Assembly (NCBI RefSeq): GCF_965641715.1
Contig: NZ_OZ282453.1
DNA length: 64,000 nt
Strand: one strand, 5' to 3'
From: Escherichia coli
Lineage (GTDB): Bacteria; Pseudomonadota; Gammaproteobacteria; Enterobacterales; Enterobacteriaceae
The first letter of the stretch is position 1; every line of letters begins with the position of its first letter. Under the pieces are notes generated by a model. That model saw only the letters and a program-made list of their open reading frames with translations, did not search any database and was not told where the DNA came from. This document shows positions 10,684 through 20,050 of this stretch, piece by piece. A program made the translations under genes and the position numbers.

Positions 10684-11577
10684 ATGATGTCCAGTGAAGC
10701 TATCTTTGAACATGGTTATGAAAATATTGATTTGGTCCGGGAATATGATGCCCGCTACGCTGGTGAAGATGTGCATTATGAAACATTTGCCCGGTTAGCG
10801 AATTTCTTTGGACGCGATATGCGCCCTCACTGGCACGATAGATATTTTCAACTCCATTATCTGGTCACTGGACGCATTACTTTACAACTGGATGAGCACT
10901 TCTATTCTGTGCGCGCACCGCTTTTTGTACTAACACCACCATCGGTGCCACATACTTTCTTTACTGATCCTGATAGCGATGGGCATGTTCTGACCGTACG
11001 TCAGGAGTTAATTTGGCCCCTGGTAGAAAAGCTCTGGCCTGGTAGTGGAGATGCCGCAATGCTACAAGGTATCTGTCTGTCACTGGAGGGAATGGAACAT
11101 ACACTGGCGGCATTAAATCATTATTGGCCGATAATATCCCGGGAGTTTCAACAAAATAAGCCAGGACGGGAAATTCTATTGCAATCACTGGCGCAAAGTA
11201 TTTTTACAATCCTACTGCGTGAAGCACCACCAAATGATATTTCAACATGCAGCGTGCGCGGCGAGATGTGTTTATTCCAGAAGTTTAATCGGCTGATTGA
11301 CGAAAATTATCGCCAACATTTAATGGTCCCTGAATATGCAACAATGCTCGGTATGAGTGAATCACGGCTTACCGAGCTGTGCCGACGTTTTGCCAATCAA
11401 TCGCCGAAGAGATTGATTTTCGAACGAGTGAGCCGGGAAGCCAGACGGCTTCTGCTCTATAGCGAGCAAAGCATCAACCAGATAGCCCTTGATCTTGGCT
11501 ACAAAGATCCCGCCTATTTCGCCCGTTTTTTCAACCGAATGATGGGTTGCTCACCAACACAATTCCGTGGTCGCTGA
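10684..11577 (+). CDS. hpaA: AraC/XylS-family activator of hpaBC
   Basis: 297-aa ORF with C-terminal AraC-type HTH. Confidence 0.85.
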   Translation: MMSSEAIFEHGYENIDLVREYDARYAGEDVHYETFARLANFFGRDMRPHWHDRYFQLHYLVTGRITLQLDEHFYSVRAPLFVLTPPSVPHTFFTDPDSDGHVLTVRQELIWPLVEKLWPGSGDAAMLQGICLSLEGMEHTLAALNHYWPIISREFQQNKPGREILLQSLAQSIFTILLREAPPNDISTCSVRGEMCLFQKFNRLIDENYRQHLMVPEYATMLGMSESRLTELCRRFANQSPKRLIFERVSREARRLLLYSEQSINQIALDLGYKDPAYFARFFNRMMGCSPTQFRGR

Positions 11578-11603
11578 CCATTTATCAACCTGAGAGACTC
11601 GAC

Positions 11604-12542
11604 ATGAAAATATCTTTACGCTCACTATTTGTGGCGTGCCTGATTGCGCCAGTGGCATTCACCTACGCCTCCGAACCGCAAGAAATGAAAATTGTACTAC
11701 TTGGAACGAAAGGTGGCCCTTCTTTATTAAAAGCTGACCGTTTACCGATGGCAACGGCACTTATTATTGGCAATAAAACCTGGTTAATTGATGCTGGTTA
11801 CGGGGCCAGCTTACAACTGGTAAAAAATAATATTCCACTGCGCCAGATTGATAATATTTTACTCACCCATTTACACAGTGATCATATTCTGGACTATCCA
11901 TCAGTCTTAATGAATGCATGGGCTAGCGGTCTGCAGGACAAAACTATTCATGTGTTCGGTCCGCCAGGCACCCGAGCCATGACCGCTGCCAGTTGGCAGG
12001 TCTTCGATCGGGACATCACACTGCGTATGGAAGAAGAAGGAAAACCCGATCCTCGCAAACTCGTTACAGCTCAAGATGTTGGTGAAGGCGTAGTTTATAA
12101 AGATGATACCGTGACCGTGACTGCATTAAAGGTCCCTCATTCTCCTTTCCCTGACGGTGAGGCTTTTGCTTATCGCTTCGACACACAAGGCAAGCGAATT
12201 GTCTTCTCAGGAGATACCTCGTACTTTCCCCCACTGGCAACTTTCTCAGAAGGCGCTGATATACTTGTGCATGAGGCCGTACATGAGCCCTCCGTCGCTA
12301 AGCTGGCAGACAGTATTGGCAATGGTAAAACACTGGCAAAAGCCATTGCTTCTCACCATACGACTATTGAGGATGTAGGCAAAATTGCCAATGAAGCAAA
12401 AGTGAAAAAACTCATCCTTAGCCACCTGGTACCAATCACCGTTCCGGATGAAACATGGAAGCAAGAAGCACAGAAAAACTATTCAGGCCCTATCGTCGTT
12501 GGTCATGAAAATATGACGATTACCATTCCATTCGCCCCATAA
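11604..12542 (+). CDS. Secreted MBL-fold metallo-hydrolase (function unknown)
   Basis: Signal peptide MKISLRSLFVACLIAPVAFTYA; HxHxDH motif (LTHLHSDHI) plus downstream His residues; AT-rich codon usage; sits between hpaA and hpaB. Confidence 0.75.
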   Translation: MKISLRSLFVACLIAPVAFTYASEPQEMKIVLLGTKGGPSLLKADRLPMATALIIGNKTWLIDAGYGASLQLVKNNIPLRQIDNILLTHLHSDHILDYPSVLMNAWASGLQDKTIHVFGPPGTRAMTAASWQVFDRDITLRMEEEGKPDPRKLVTAQDVGEGVVYKDDTVTVTALKVPHSPFPDGEAFAYRFDTQGKRIVFSGDTSYFPPLATFSEGADILVHEAVHEPSVAKLADSIGNGKTLAKAIASHHTTIEDVGKIANEAKVKKLILSHLVPITVPDETWKQEAQKNYSGPIVVGHENMTITIPFAP

Positions 12543-12768
12543 AAAATTCCGTCCCCGTTAGCCCTTGTTAGCGGGGAATATTATGATTTGCCTTACTGTA
12601 AGTTGATCACGATCGCAGTTTACTATTTAACTCCACCTTGCTGGCGAAAAGTACCAACGTTCGCCTGAAACGTCTCTTCCCGACAACCGCGTTCAACGCT
12701 TCAATTAAATAACAAAAACAACACACAAAATTAACAATCGTATTCCGATTAATACTGTAGAGGTCGAC

Positions 12769-14331
12769 ATGAAACCAGAAGATTTCCGCGCCAGTACCCA
12801 ACGTCCGTTCACCGGGGAAGAGTATCTGAAAAGCCTGCAGGATGGTCGCGAGATCTATATCTATGGCGAGCGAGTGAAAGACGTCACCACTCATCCGGCA
12901 TTTCGTAATGCGGCAGCGTCTGTTGCCCAACTGTACGACGCGCTGCACAAACCGGAGATGCAGGACTCTCTGTGTTGGAACACCGACACCGGCAGCGGCG
13001 GCTATACCCATAAATTCTTCCGCGTGGCGAAAAGTGCCGACGACCTGCGCCAGCAACGCGACGCCATCGCTGAGTGGTCACGCCTGAGCTATGGCTGGAT
13101 GGGCCGTACCCCAGACTACAAAGCCGCTTTCGGTTGCGCACTGGGCGCGAATCCGGGCTTTTACGGTCAGTTCGAGCAGAACGCCCGTAACTGGTATACC
13201 CGTATTCAGGAAACTGGCCTCTACTTTAACCACGCGATTGTTAACCCACCGATCGATCGTCATTTGCCGACCGATAAAGTGAAAGACGTTTACATCAAGC
13301 TGGAAAAAGAGACTGACGCCGGGATTATCGTCAGCGGTGCGAAAGTGGTTGCCACCAACTCGGCGCTGACTCACTACAACATGATTGGCTTCGGCTCGGC
13401 ACAAGTGATGGGCGAAAACCCGGACTTCGCACTGATGTTCGTTGCGCCAATGGATGCCGATGGCGTCAAATTAATCTCCCGCGCCTCTTATGAGATGGTC
13501 GCGGGTGCTACCGGCTCGCCATACGACTACCCGCTCTCCAGCCGCTTCGATGAGAACGATGCGATTCTGGTGATGGATAACGTGCTGATCCCATGGGAAA
13601 ACGTGCTGATCTACCGCGATTTTGATCGCTGCCGTCGCTGGACGATGGAAGGCGGTTTTGCCCGTATGTATCCGCTGCAAGCCTGTGTGCGCCTGGCAGT
13701 GAAACTCGACTTCATCACGGCACTGCTGAAAAAATCACTCGAATGTACCGGCACCCTGGAGTTCCGTGGTGTGCAGGCCGATCTCGGTGAAGTGGTAGCG
13801 TGGCGCAACACCTTCTGGGCATTGAGTGACTCGATGTGTTCAGAAGCGACGCCGTGGGTCAACGGGGCTTATTTACCGGATCATGCCGCACTGCAAACCT
13901 ATCGCGTACTGGCACCAATGGCCTACGCGAAGATCAAAAACATTATCGAACGCAACGTTACCAGTGGCCTGATCTACCTCCCTTCCAGTGCCCGTGACCT
14001 GAACAATCCGCAGATCGACCAGTATCTGGCGAAGTATGTGCGCGGTTCGAATGGTATGGATCACGTCCAGCGCATCAAGATCCTCAAACTGATGTGGGAC
14101 GCCATTGGCAGCGAATTTGGTGGTCGTCACGAGCTGTATGAAATCAACTACTCCGGTAGCCAGGATGAGATTCGCTTGCAATGTCTGCGCCAGGCACAAA
14201 GCTCCGGCAATATGGACAAGATGATGGCGATGGTTGATCGCTGCCTGTCGGAATACGACCAGAACGGCTGGACTGTGCCGCACCTGCACAACAACGACGA
14301 TATCAACATGCTGGATAAGCTGCTGAAATAA
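12769..14331 (+). CDS. hpaB: 4-hydroxyphenylacetate 3-monooxygenase, oxygenase component
   Basis: 520-aa ORF. Confidence 0.9.
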   Translation: MKPEDFRASTQRPFTGEEYLKSLQDGREIYIYGERVKDVTTHPAFRNAAASVAQLYDALHKPEMQDSLCWNTDTGSGGYTHKFFRVAKSADDLRQQRDAIAEWSRLSYGWMGRTPDYKAAFGCALGANPGFYGQFEQNARNWYTRIQETGLYFNHAIVNPPIDRHLPTDKVKDVYIKLEKETDAGIIVSGAKVVATNSALTHYNMIGFGSAQVMGENPDFALMFVAPMDADGVKLISRASYEMVAGATGSPYDYPLSSRFDENDAILVMDNVLIPWENVLIYRDFDRCRRWTMEGGFARMYPLQACVRLAVKLDFITALLKKSLECTGTLEFRGVQADLGEVVAWRNTFWALSDSMCSEATPWVNGAYLPDHAALQTYRVLAPMAYAKIKNIIERNVTSGLIYLPSSARDLNNPQIDQYLAKYVRGSNGMDHVQRIKILKLMWDAIGSEFGGRHELYEINYSGSQDEIRLQCLRQAQSSGNMDKMMAMVDRCLSEYDQNGWTVPHLHNNDDINMLDKLLK

Positions 14332-14348
14332 CGCAGCAGGAGGTTAAG

Positions 14349-14861
14349 ATGCAATTAGATGAACAACGCCTGCGCTTTCGTGACGCGATGGCCAGCCTGT
14401 CGGCAGCGGTAAATATTATCACCACCGAGGGCGACGCCGGACAATGCGGGATTACGGCAACGGCCGTCTGCTCGGTAACGGATACACCACCGTCGCTGAT
14501 GGTGTGCATTAACGCCAACAGTGCGATGAACCCGGTTTTTCAGGGCAACGGCAAGTTGTGCGTCAACGTCCTCAACCATGAGCAGGAGCTGATGGCACGC
14601 CACTTCGCGGGCATGACGGGCATGGCGATGGAAGAGCGTTTTAGCCTCTCGTGCTGGCAAAAAGGTCCGCTGGCGCAGCCGGTGCTAAAAGGTTCGCTGG
14701 CCAGTCTTGAAGGTGAGATCCGCGATGTGCAGGCAATTGGCACACATCTGGTGTATCTGGTGGAGATTAAAAACATCATCCTCAGTGCAGAAGGTCACGG
14801 ACTTATCTACTTTAAACGCCGTTTCCATCCGGTGATGCTGGAAATGGAAGCTGCGATTTAA
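14349..14861 (+). CDS. hpaC: 4-hydroxyphenylacetate 3-monooxygenase, flavin reductase component
   Basis: 170-aa flavin reductase-like ORF directly downstream of hpaB. Confidence 0.9.
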   Translation: MQLDEQRLRFRDAMASLSAAVNIITTEGDAGQCGITATAVCSVTDTPPSLMVCINANSAMNPVFQGNGKLCVNVLNHEQELMARHFAGMTGMAMEERFSLSCWQKGPLAQPVLKGSLASLEGEIRDVQAIGTHLVYLVEIKNIILSAEGHGLIYFKRRFHPVMLEMEAAI

Positions 14862-14867
14862 GCTCCA

Positions 14868-14901
14868 GCCCCTTCACGCATTCGTCGAAGGGGCATTTTT
14901 A
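14868..14901 (+). terminator. Rho-independent terminator after hpaC
   Basis: GCCCCTTC-loop-GAAGGGGC followed by ATTTTTATT. Confidence 0.75.
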
Positions 14902-14902
14902 T

Positions 14903-14918
14903 TGTGATCTCAATCACA
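14903..14918. promoter_or_regulatory. Consensus CRP site upstream of btsT
   Basis: TGTGA-tctcaa-TCACA, exact match to TGTGA-N6-TCACA, directly abutting the hpaC terminator. Confidence 0.7.
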
Positions 14919-14946
14919 TATCCACCCGATGAATAATTCTTGCCCA

Positions 14947-14995
14947 ACCGCTCACCGCCATTCCTGACCGCTTACATCCCTAAAATAACCACTCA
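14947..14995 (+). promoter_or_regulatory. Three direct repeats of the BtsR (YehT) motif ACC(G/A)CT(C/T)A
   Basis: ACCGCTCA, ACCGCTTA, ACCACTCA with 12- and 13-bp spacers; motif recalled from yjiY promoter literature. Confidence 0.6.
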
Positions 14996-15253
14996 GTTAT
15001 TTACCTTACTTTACGCGCGCGTATCTCTGGCAACATCACTGCAGGATAGCGGTCAATTTACCTCCTCAAACGCAACGCAAACCTAGAACGGCTTCGGCCT
15101 ATGATTAACAAATTACTCTATGGATTTTGGTTTGCAGGAAGGCAGCAAGTGAGTGAATCCCCGGGAGCTTACAACAGTAAGTGTCAGAGGTGAACGAACG
15201 CAGCTGCCGCACCTGTAAGCCAAAAGACGACGAGTAAAATGCCAGGTTTTACT

Positions 15254-17404
15254 ATGGATACGAAAAAACTATTCAAGCACATACCCTGGGTGATTCTCGG
15301 AATCATCGGTGCATTCTGCCTCGCGGTAGTTGCATTACGTCGGGGGGAGCACGTCAGCGCCCTGTGGATCGTGGTCGCCTCTGTGTCGGTGTATCTGGTG
15401 GCGTATCGCTACTACAGTCTGTACATCGCCCAGAAGGTGATGAAACTCGACCCCACACGCGCGACGCCTGCGGTTATTAACAACGACGGTCTGAACTACG
15501 TTCCGACCAACCGTTACGTGTTGTTTGGTCACCACTTCGCCGCTATCGCCGGTGCTGGTCCGCTGGTTGGTCCGGTGCTCGCCGCGCAGATGGGCTACCT
15601 GCCTGGCACGCTGTGGCTGCTGGCGGGGGTAGTGCTGGCCGGTGCGGTACAGGACTTTATGGTGCTGTTTATCTCCTCTCGCCGTAACGGCGCATCTCTC
15701 GGTGAGATGATCAAAGAAGAGATGGGGCCAGTACCGGGGACTATCGCGCTGTTTGGCTGTTTTTTAATCATGATCATCATCCTCGCCGTTCTGGCGCTGA
15801 TTGTGGTTAAAGCCCTGGCCGAAAGTCCGTGGGGTGTCTTCACCGTTTGCTCAACCGTACCAATTGCGCTGTTTATGGGTATCTACATGCGCTTTATCCG
15901 TCCGGGGCGTGTGGGTGAAGTCTCTGTCATTGGTATCGTGCTGCTGGTTGCCTCTATCTACTTCGGTGGCGTGATTGCTCACGATCCGTACTGGGGTCCG
16001 GCACTGACCTTTAAAGACACCACCATTACCTTCGCGCTGATTGGCTATGCGTTTGTTTCCGCACTGCTGCCGGTGTGGCTGATCCTCGCACCGCGCGATT
16101 ATCTGGCAACCTTCCTGAAAATCGGCGTTATCGTCGGCCTGGCGCTGGGTATCGTGGTGCTGAACCCGGAACTGAAAATGCCTGCGATGACCCAGTACAT
16201 TGACGGTACTGGCCCGCTGTGGAAAGGCGCTCTGTTCCCGTTCCTGTTCATCACCATCGCCTGTGGTGCGGTATCTGGCTTCCACGCGCTGATCTCTTCC
16301 GGTACGACGCCGAAACTGCTGGCTAACGAAACCGACGCGCGTTTCATTGGCTACGGCGCAATGCTGATGGAGTCCTTCGTGGCGATTATGGCGCTGGTTG
16401 CTGCGTCCATCATCGAACCGGGTCTTTACTTCGCGATGAATACCCCGCCTGCGGGCCTTGGCATCACCATGCCTAACCTGCATGAAATGGGTGGCGAGAA
16501 CGCGCCGATCATCATGGCGCAGCTGAAAGACGTTACCGCACACGCGGCGGCGACCGTCAGCTCCTGGGGCTTCGTGATTTCGCCAGAGCAGATCCTGCAA
16601 ACCGCGAAAGACATTGGTGAGCCTTCTGTCCTGAACCGTGCAGGTGGTGCGCCGACGCTGGCGGTAGGTATCGCTCATGTGTTCCACAAAGTGCTGCCGA
16701 TGGCTGACATGGGCTTCTGGTATCACTTCGGTATTCTGTTCGAAGCCCTGTTCATCCTGACCGCGCTGGATGCGGGTACCCGTTCTGGCCGCTTTATGCT
16801 GCAAGACCTGCTGGGTAACTTCATCCCGTTCCTGAAAAAAACCGACTCTCTGGTTGCCGGTATCATCGGTACTGCGGGCTGTGTGGGTCTGTGGGGCTAC
16901 CTGCTGTATCAGGGCGTGGTCGATCCGCTGGGCGGCGTTAAGAGCCTGTGGCCGCTGTTCGGTATCTCCAACCAGATGCTGGCAGCCGTAGCGCTGGTAC
17001 TGGGCACCGTTGTGCTGATTAAGATGAAGCGCACCCAATACATCTGGGTAACTGTTGTTCCGGCTGTATGGCTGCTTATCTGCACCACCTGGGCGCTGGG
17101 TCTGAAACTGTTCAGTACCAACCCGCAGATGGAAGGCTTCTTCTACATGGCAAGCCAGTACAAAGAGAAGATTGCTAACGGTACTGACCTGACGGCGCAG
17201 CAGATTGCCAACATGAACCACATCGTTGTGAACAACTACACCAACGCAGGCCTGAGTATTCTGTTCCTGATTGTGGTGTACAGCATCATCTTCTACGGTT
17301 TCAAAACCTGGCTTGCGGTGCGTAACAGCGACAAACGTACTGACAAAGAAACACCGTACGTTCCAATCCCGGAAGGCGGCGTGAAGATCTCTTCGCACCA
17401 CTAA
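15254..17404 (+). CDS. btsT: Pyruvate/H+ symporter, CstA family
   Basis: ORF 15239..17404; likely start MDTKKLFKHIPW (716 aa); polytopic CstA-type transporter; synteny with yjiX-yjiA. Confidence 0.9.
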   Translation: MDTKKLFKHIPWVILGIIGAFCLAVVALRRGEHVSALWIVVASVSVYLVAYRYYSLYIAQKVMKLDPTRATPAVINNDGLNYVPTNRYVLFGHHFAAIAGAGPLVGPVLAAQMGYLPGTLWLLAGVVLAGAVQDFMVLFISSRRNGASLGEMIKEEMGPVPGTIALFGCFLIMIIILAVLALIVVKALAESPWGVFTVCSTVPIALFMGIYMRFIRPGRVGEVSVIGIVLLVASIYFGGVIAHDPYWGPALTFKDTTITFALIGYAFVSALLPVWLILAPRDYLATFLKIGVIVGLALGIVVLNPELKMPAMTQYIDGTGPLWKGALFPFLFITIACGAVSGFHALISSGTTPKLLANETDARFIGYGAMLMESFVAIMALVAASIIEPGLYFAMNTPPAGLGITMPNLHEMGGENAPIIMAQLKDVTAHAAATVSSWGFVISPEQILQTAKDIGEPSVLNRAGGAPTLAVGIAHVFHKVLPMADMGFWYHFGILFEALFILTALDAGTRSGRFMLQDLLGNFIPFLKKTDSLVAGIIGTAGCVGLWGYLLYQGVVDPLGGVKSLWPLFGISNQMLAAVALVLGTVVLIKMKRTQYIWVTVVPAVWLLICTTWALGLKLFSTNPQMEGFFYMASQYKEKIANGTDLTAQQIANMNHIVVNNYTNAGLSILFLIVVYSIIFYGFKTWLAVRNSDKRTDKETPYVPIPEGGVKISSHH

Positions 17405-17412
17405 CCGTGTTT

Positions 17413-17440
17413 AGCCCCGCTTCGGCGGGGCTTTGTTCTT
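17413..17440 (+). terminator. Hairpin plus T-run between btsT and yjiX
   Basis: AGCCCCGC-ttcg-GCGGGGCT followed by TTGTTCTT. Confidence 0.7.
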
Positions 17441-17453
17441 ATCAGAGTGAACT

Positions 17454-17657
17454 ATGTTTGGTAACTTAGGACAGGCAAAAAAATATCTCGGCCAGGCGGC
17501 GAAGATGTTGATTGGCATTCCAGACTACGACAACTACGTCGAGCATATGAAGACCAACCATCCCGACAAGCCGTACATGAGCTATGAAGAATTCTTCCGC
17601 GAACGCCAGAACGCGCGCTACGGCGGCGATGGTAAAGGCGGTATGCGCTGTTGTTAA
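17454..17657 (+). CDS. yjiX: YbdD/YjiX-family small protein (DUF466)
   Basis: 67-aa ORF directly downstream of the CstA-family transporter, the conserved pairing. Confidence 0.85.
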
Positions 17658-17667
17658 TGGAGAGAGC

Positions 17668-18624
17668 ATGAACCCGATTGCAGTTACCCTACTCACCGGT
17701 TTTTTAGGCGCGGGAAAAACCACCCTGCTGCGCCATATTCTTAACGAACAACACGGCTACAAGATTGCCGTGATTGAAAACGAATTCGGCGAAGTCTCCG
17801 TTGATGATCAACTGATTGGCGACCGCGCCACGCAGATCAAAACGCTGACCAACGGCTGCATCTGCTGTTCGCGCTCCAACGAGCTGGAGAACGCGCTACT
17901 CGACCTGCTGGATAATCTCGACAAGGGCAATATTCAGTTCGATCGTCTGGTCATTGAATGCACCGGCATGGCCGATCCTGGCCCGATTATTCAGACCTTT
18001 TTCTCCCATGAGATTTTATGCCAGCGCTACCTGCTGGACGGCGTGATTGCGCTGGTGGATGCGGTACATGCCGATGAGCAGATGAACCAGTTCACCATCG
18101 CCCAGTCCCAGGTTGGCTACGCCGACCGTATTCTGCTGACTAAAACCGACGTCGCAGGCGAAGCAGAAATACTGCGTGAACGTCTGGCACGCATCAACGC
18201 CCGTGCACCGGTCTACACCGTCACCCACGGCGACATCGACCTGGGCCTGCTGTTCAACACTAACGGTTTTATGCTGGAAGAAAACGTCGTCAGCACCAAA
18301 CCGCGTTTCCACTTTATCGCGGATAAACAAAACGATATTTCGTCGATTGTGGTGGAACTGGATTACCCGGTAGATATCAGCGAAGTTTCCCGCGTGATGG
18401 AAAACCTGCTGCTGGAATCGGCGGATAAACTGCTGCGTTACAAAGGGATGCTGTGGATTGACGGCGAACCTAATCGCCTGCTGTTCCAGGGCGTCCAGCG
18501 CCTCTACAGCGCCGACTGGGACCGCCCATGGGGCGATGAAAAACCGCATAGCACGATGGTGTTTATCGGGATTCAGTTGCCGGAGGAAGAGATTCGGGCG
18601 GCGTTTGCGGGGTTGAGGAAGTAA
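17668..18624 (+). CDS. yjiA: CobW/COG0523-family P-loop GTPase (metal chaperone-like)
   Basis: Start MNPIAVTLLTGFLGAGKTTL (Walker A), CICCS metal-binding motif; 318 aa. Confidence 0.9.
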   Translation: MNPIAVTLLTGFLGAGKTTLLRHILNEQHGYKIAVIENEFGEVSVDDQLIGDRATQIKTLTNGCICCSRSNELENALLDLLDNLDKGNIQFDRLVIECTGMADPGPIIQTFFSHEILCQRYLLDGVIALVDAVHADEQMNQFTIAQSQVGYADRILLTKTDVAGEAEILRERLARINARAPVYTVTHGDIDLGLLFNTNGFMLEENVVSTKPRFHFIADKQNDISSIVVELDYPVDISEVSRVMENLLLESADKLLRYKGMLWIDGEPNRLLFQGVQRLYSADWDRPWGDEKPHSTMVFIGIQLPEEEIRAAFAGLRK

Positions 18625-18710
18625 TCGTGAAAGGTTGAGTGTAAAGCAGCTCAATGCCCCATTTAGCAGTGAGGGGGGAAACAGAACGACGTGCTCCCCT
18701 CCGCTAAGTT

Positions 18711-18902
18711 TTATTGCGCGTGAATACCTGGATCTGGCAAAAAATTGCCGCGTTTGGCGTCAGACCATGCTTCGCTACCAGAAGCAGGAATGTCGCTGTA
18801 ATCAATGTCTTCGTCGGATTTATTAACCAAAGCCATGAGTTCAGCTTCTTGCTGCACATCAAGTGTGTAGAGTGTGCCCCGTTTATGTTTAACCATGCTC
18901 AT
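18711..18902 (-). CDS. Small acidic ORF of uncertain status, possibly a truncated antitoxin-like fragment
   Basis: 63-aa ORF 39 nt downstream of the membrane-protein gene on the same strand; carries an EDIDYSDIP motif that resembles, from memory, the N-terminal segment of BrnA/DUF4415-type antitoxins; no RHH domain follows. Confidence 0.35.
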   Translation of the reverse strand: MSMVKHKRGTLYTLDVQQEAELMALVNKSDEDIDYSDIPASGSEAWSDAKRGNFLPDPGIHAQ

Positions 18903-18941
18903 TTATGACCAGAACCTTTACGATTTAATTATAAAGATGAC

Positions 18942-19910
18942 TTATTTCAGCCATCCAGGCACGTTATATTCTGAGACATTCTCAATGGAATATGCATCTC
19001 TCCTGTCAGAACCTTTCTTACACTTCAACTCATTGAACCCCCATTTACCCTCTCTATTGGAATAAAATACAGTATATTTATCAGTATTAAACCCGAAATA
19101 TCTTTCATCCGGACGTGAAATATTCAACTCTCCACATTTAACCTGACTGCGCCATTCAAAATCTATGGTGCTTTTTAAAACGTAGTACGAAATATTCTCT
19201 ACATTTTTTGAAGCAAAAACTACTAAAATAGTAGATACTATAAATGCTCCGGCAAGTATAAATAACCTATACACACTTAATTTAGTCCCCAGAGTTAAAA
19301 AAGCAAAATAGATAATAAGTTGCATCAACATGAAGAAAATCAACAAAAAAGCCATCCCTTTCCAGAAATACTCAACCCATGGTGATAGTGTGATATTTAG
19401 ATTACTCAAACTTAAAAATAAACTGGAAGAAAAACTACTTGAGAATAAATATATAATTGGTATGACAGCTAAAGTCATAGACCTAATAATCATTAATTTT
19501 TTATTATTTTTAAATTCCAACTCTAATATAATAAAAACACCTCCCAGAAAAACAAATACTGAAAAAGCACTAAAAACGTATACAGAGACACTGACTGGAA
19601 AAATATTAATTGAAAGCACAAAAAACAAAAATATAAACCATGCAATAAGTGAACACCAGGCAGCACAACTATTCAAACTGTTTTTATTACTGAACTTGAC
19701 AAAATACCCCATATATTCTGTAATGCGATTTTCTTCCACTAATGCATAAAGAAGAATACCAACAAAGCACAGAGATAAAATAATATCTTTCCACAGATAT
19801 TTATAAGGGAGAAGTATAAAACCAAGGAGTAGATAAATTAGCAGAATGACATCTAATGCCTTAGTACAAAAATATTGTTTCACTCCTTGCAAGAACCGAA
19901 CATTCTCCAT
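18942..19910 (-). CDS. Uncharacterised polytopic membrane protein (about 7 TM helices plus ~90-aa C-terminal soluble domain)
   Basis: ORF 18942..19943; ATG at 19910 preceded by GGAGAAGGA SD; very AT-rich; occupies the slot between yjiA and hsdR where K-12 carries mrr. Confidence 0.7.
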   Translation of the reverse strand: MENVRFLQGVKQYFCTKALDVILLIYLLLGFILLPYKYLWKDIILSLCFVGILLYALVEENRITEYMGYFVKFSNKNSLNSCAAWCSLIAWFIFLFFVLSINIFPVSVSVYVFSAFSVFVFLGGVFIILELEFKNNKKLMIIRSMTLAVIPIIYLFSSSFSSSLFLSLSNLNITLSPWVEYFWKGMAFLLIFFMLMQLIIYFAFLTLGTKLSVYRLFILAGAFIVSTILVVFASKNVENISYYVLKSTIDFEWRSQVKCGELNISRPDERYFGFNTDKYTVFYSNREGKWGFNELKCKKGSDRRDAYSIENVSEYNVPGWLK

Positions 19911-20050
19911 ATGAATCCTTCTCCAGCTATTGATGAAACTCAAGAATACCTTTAAAACAGTGACTTAACGCTGATAATACTCTTTGAACAGATGAATTCA
20001 TCTATTTTTCTGTGTAGAATTTGCGCATCGCATTTAGATGAGAACACCCC

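Noticed and set aside
15851-17401. 516-aa minus-strand ORF
   Set aside because: Lies entirely antisense to btsT; Arg/His-rich low-complexity translation typical of the reverse frame of a GC-rich membrane-protein gene
18016-18654. 212-aa minus-strand ORF
   Set aside because: Antisense to yjiA, which has P-loop and CxCC motifs
19330-19749. 139-aa plus-strand ORF in the AT-rich region
   Set aside because: Antisense to the better-supported membrane-protein gene (strong SD, hydrophobic periodicity); Lys/Asn-rich AT-driven frame
18903-19910. BrnT-like toxin (DUF497) expected upstream of the BrnA-like small ORF
   Set aside because: The upstream gene encodes a polytopic membrane protein whose C-terminal domain shows no convincing DUF497 pattern; a canonical brnTA pair is not supported
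19911-19943. TTG-initiated N-terminal extension of the membrane protein
   Set aside because: The in-frame ATG at 19910 has a strong GGAGAAGGA SD; the TTG has none
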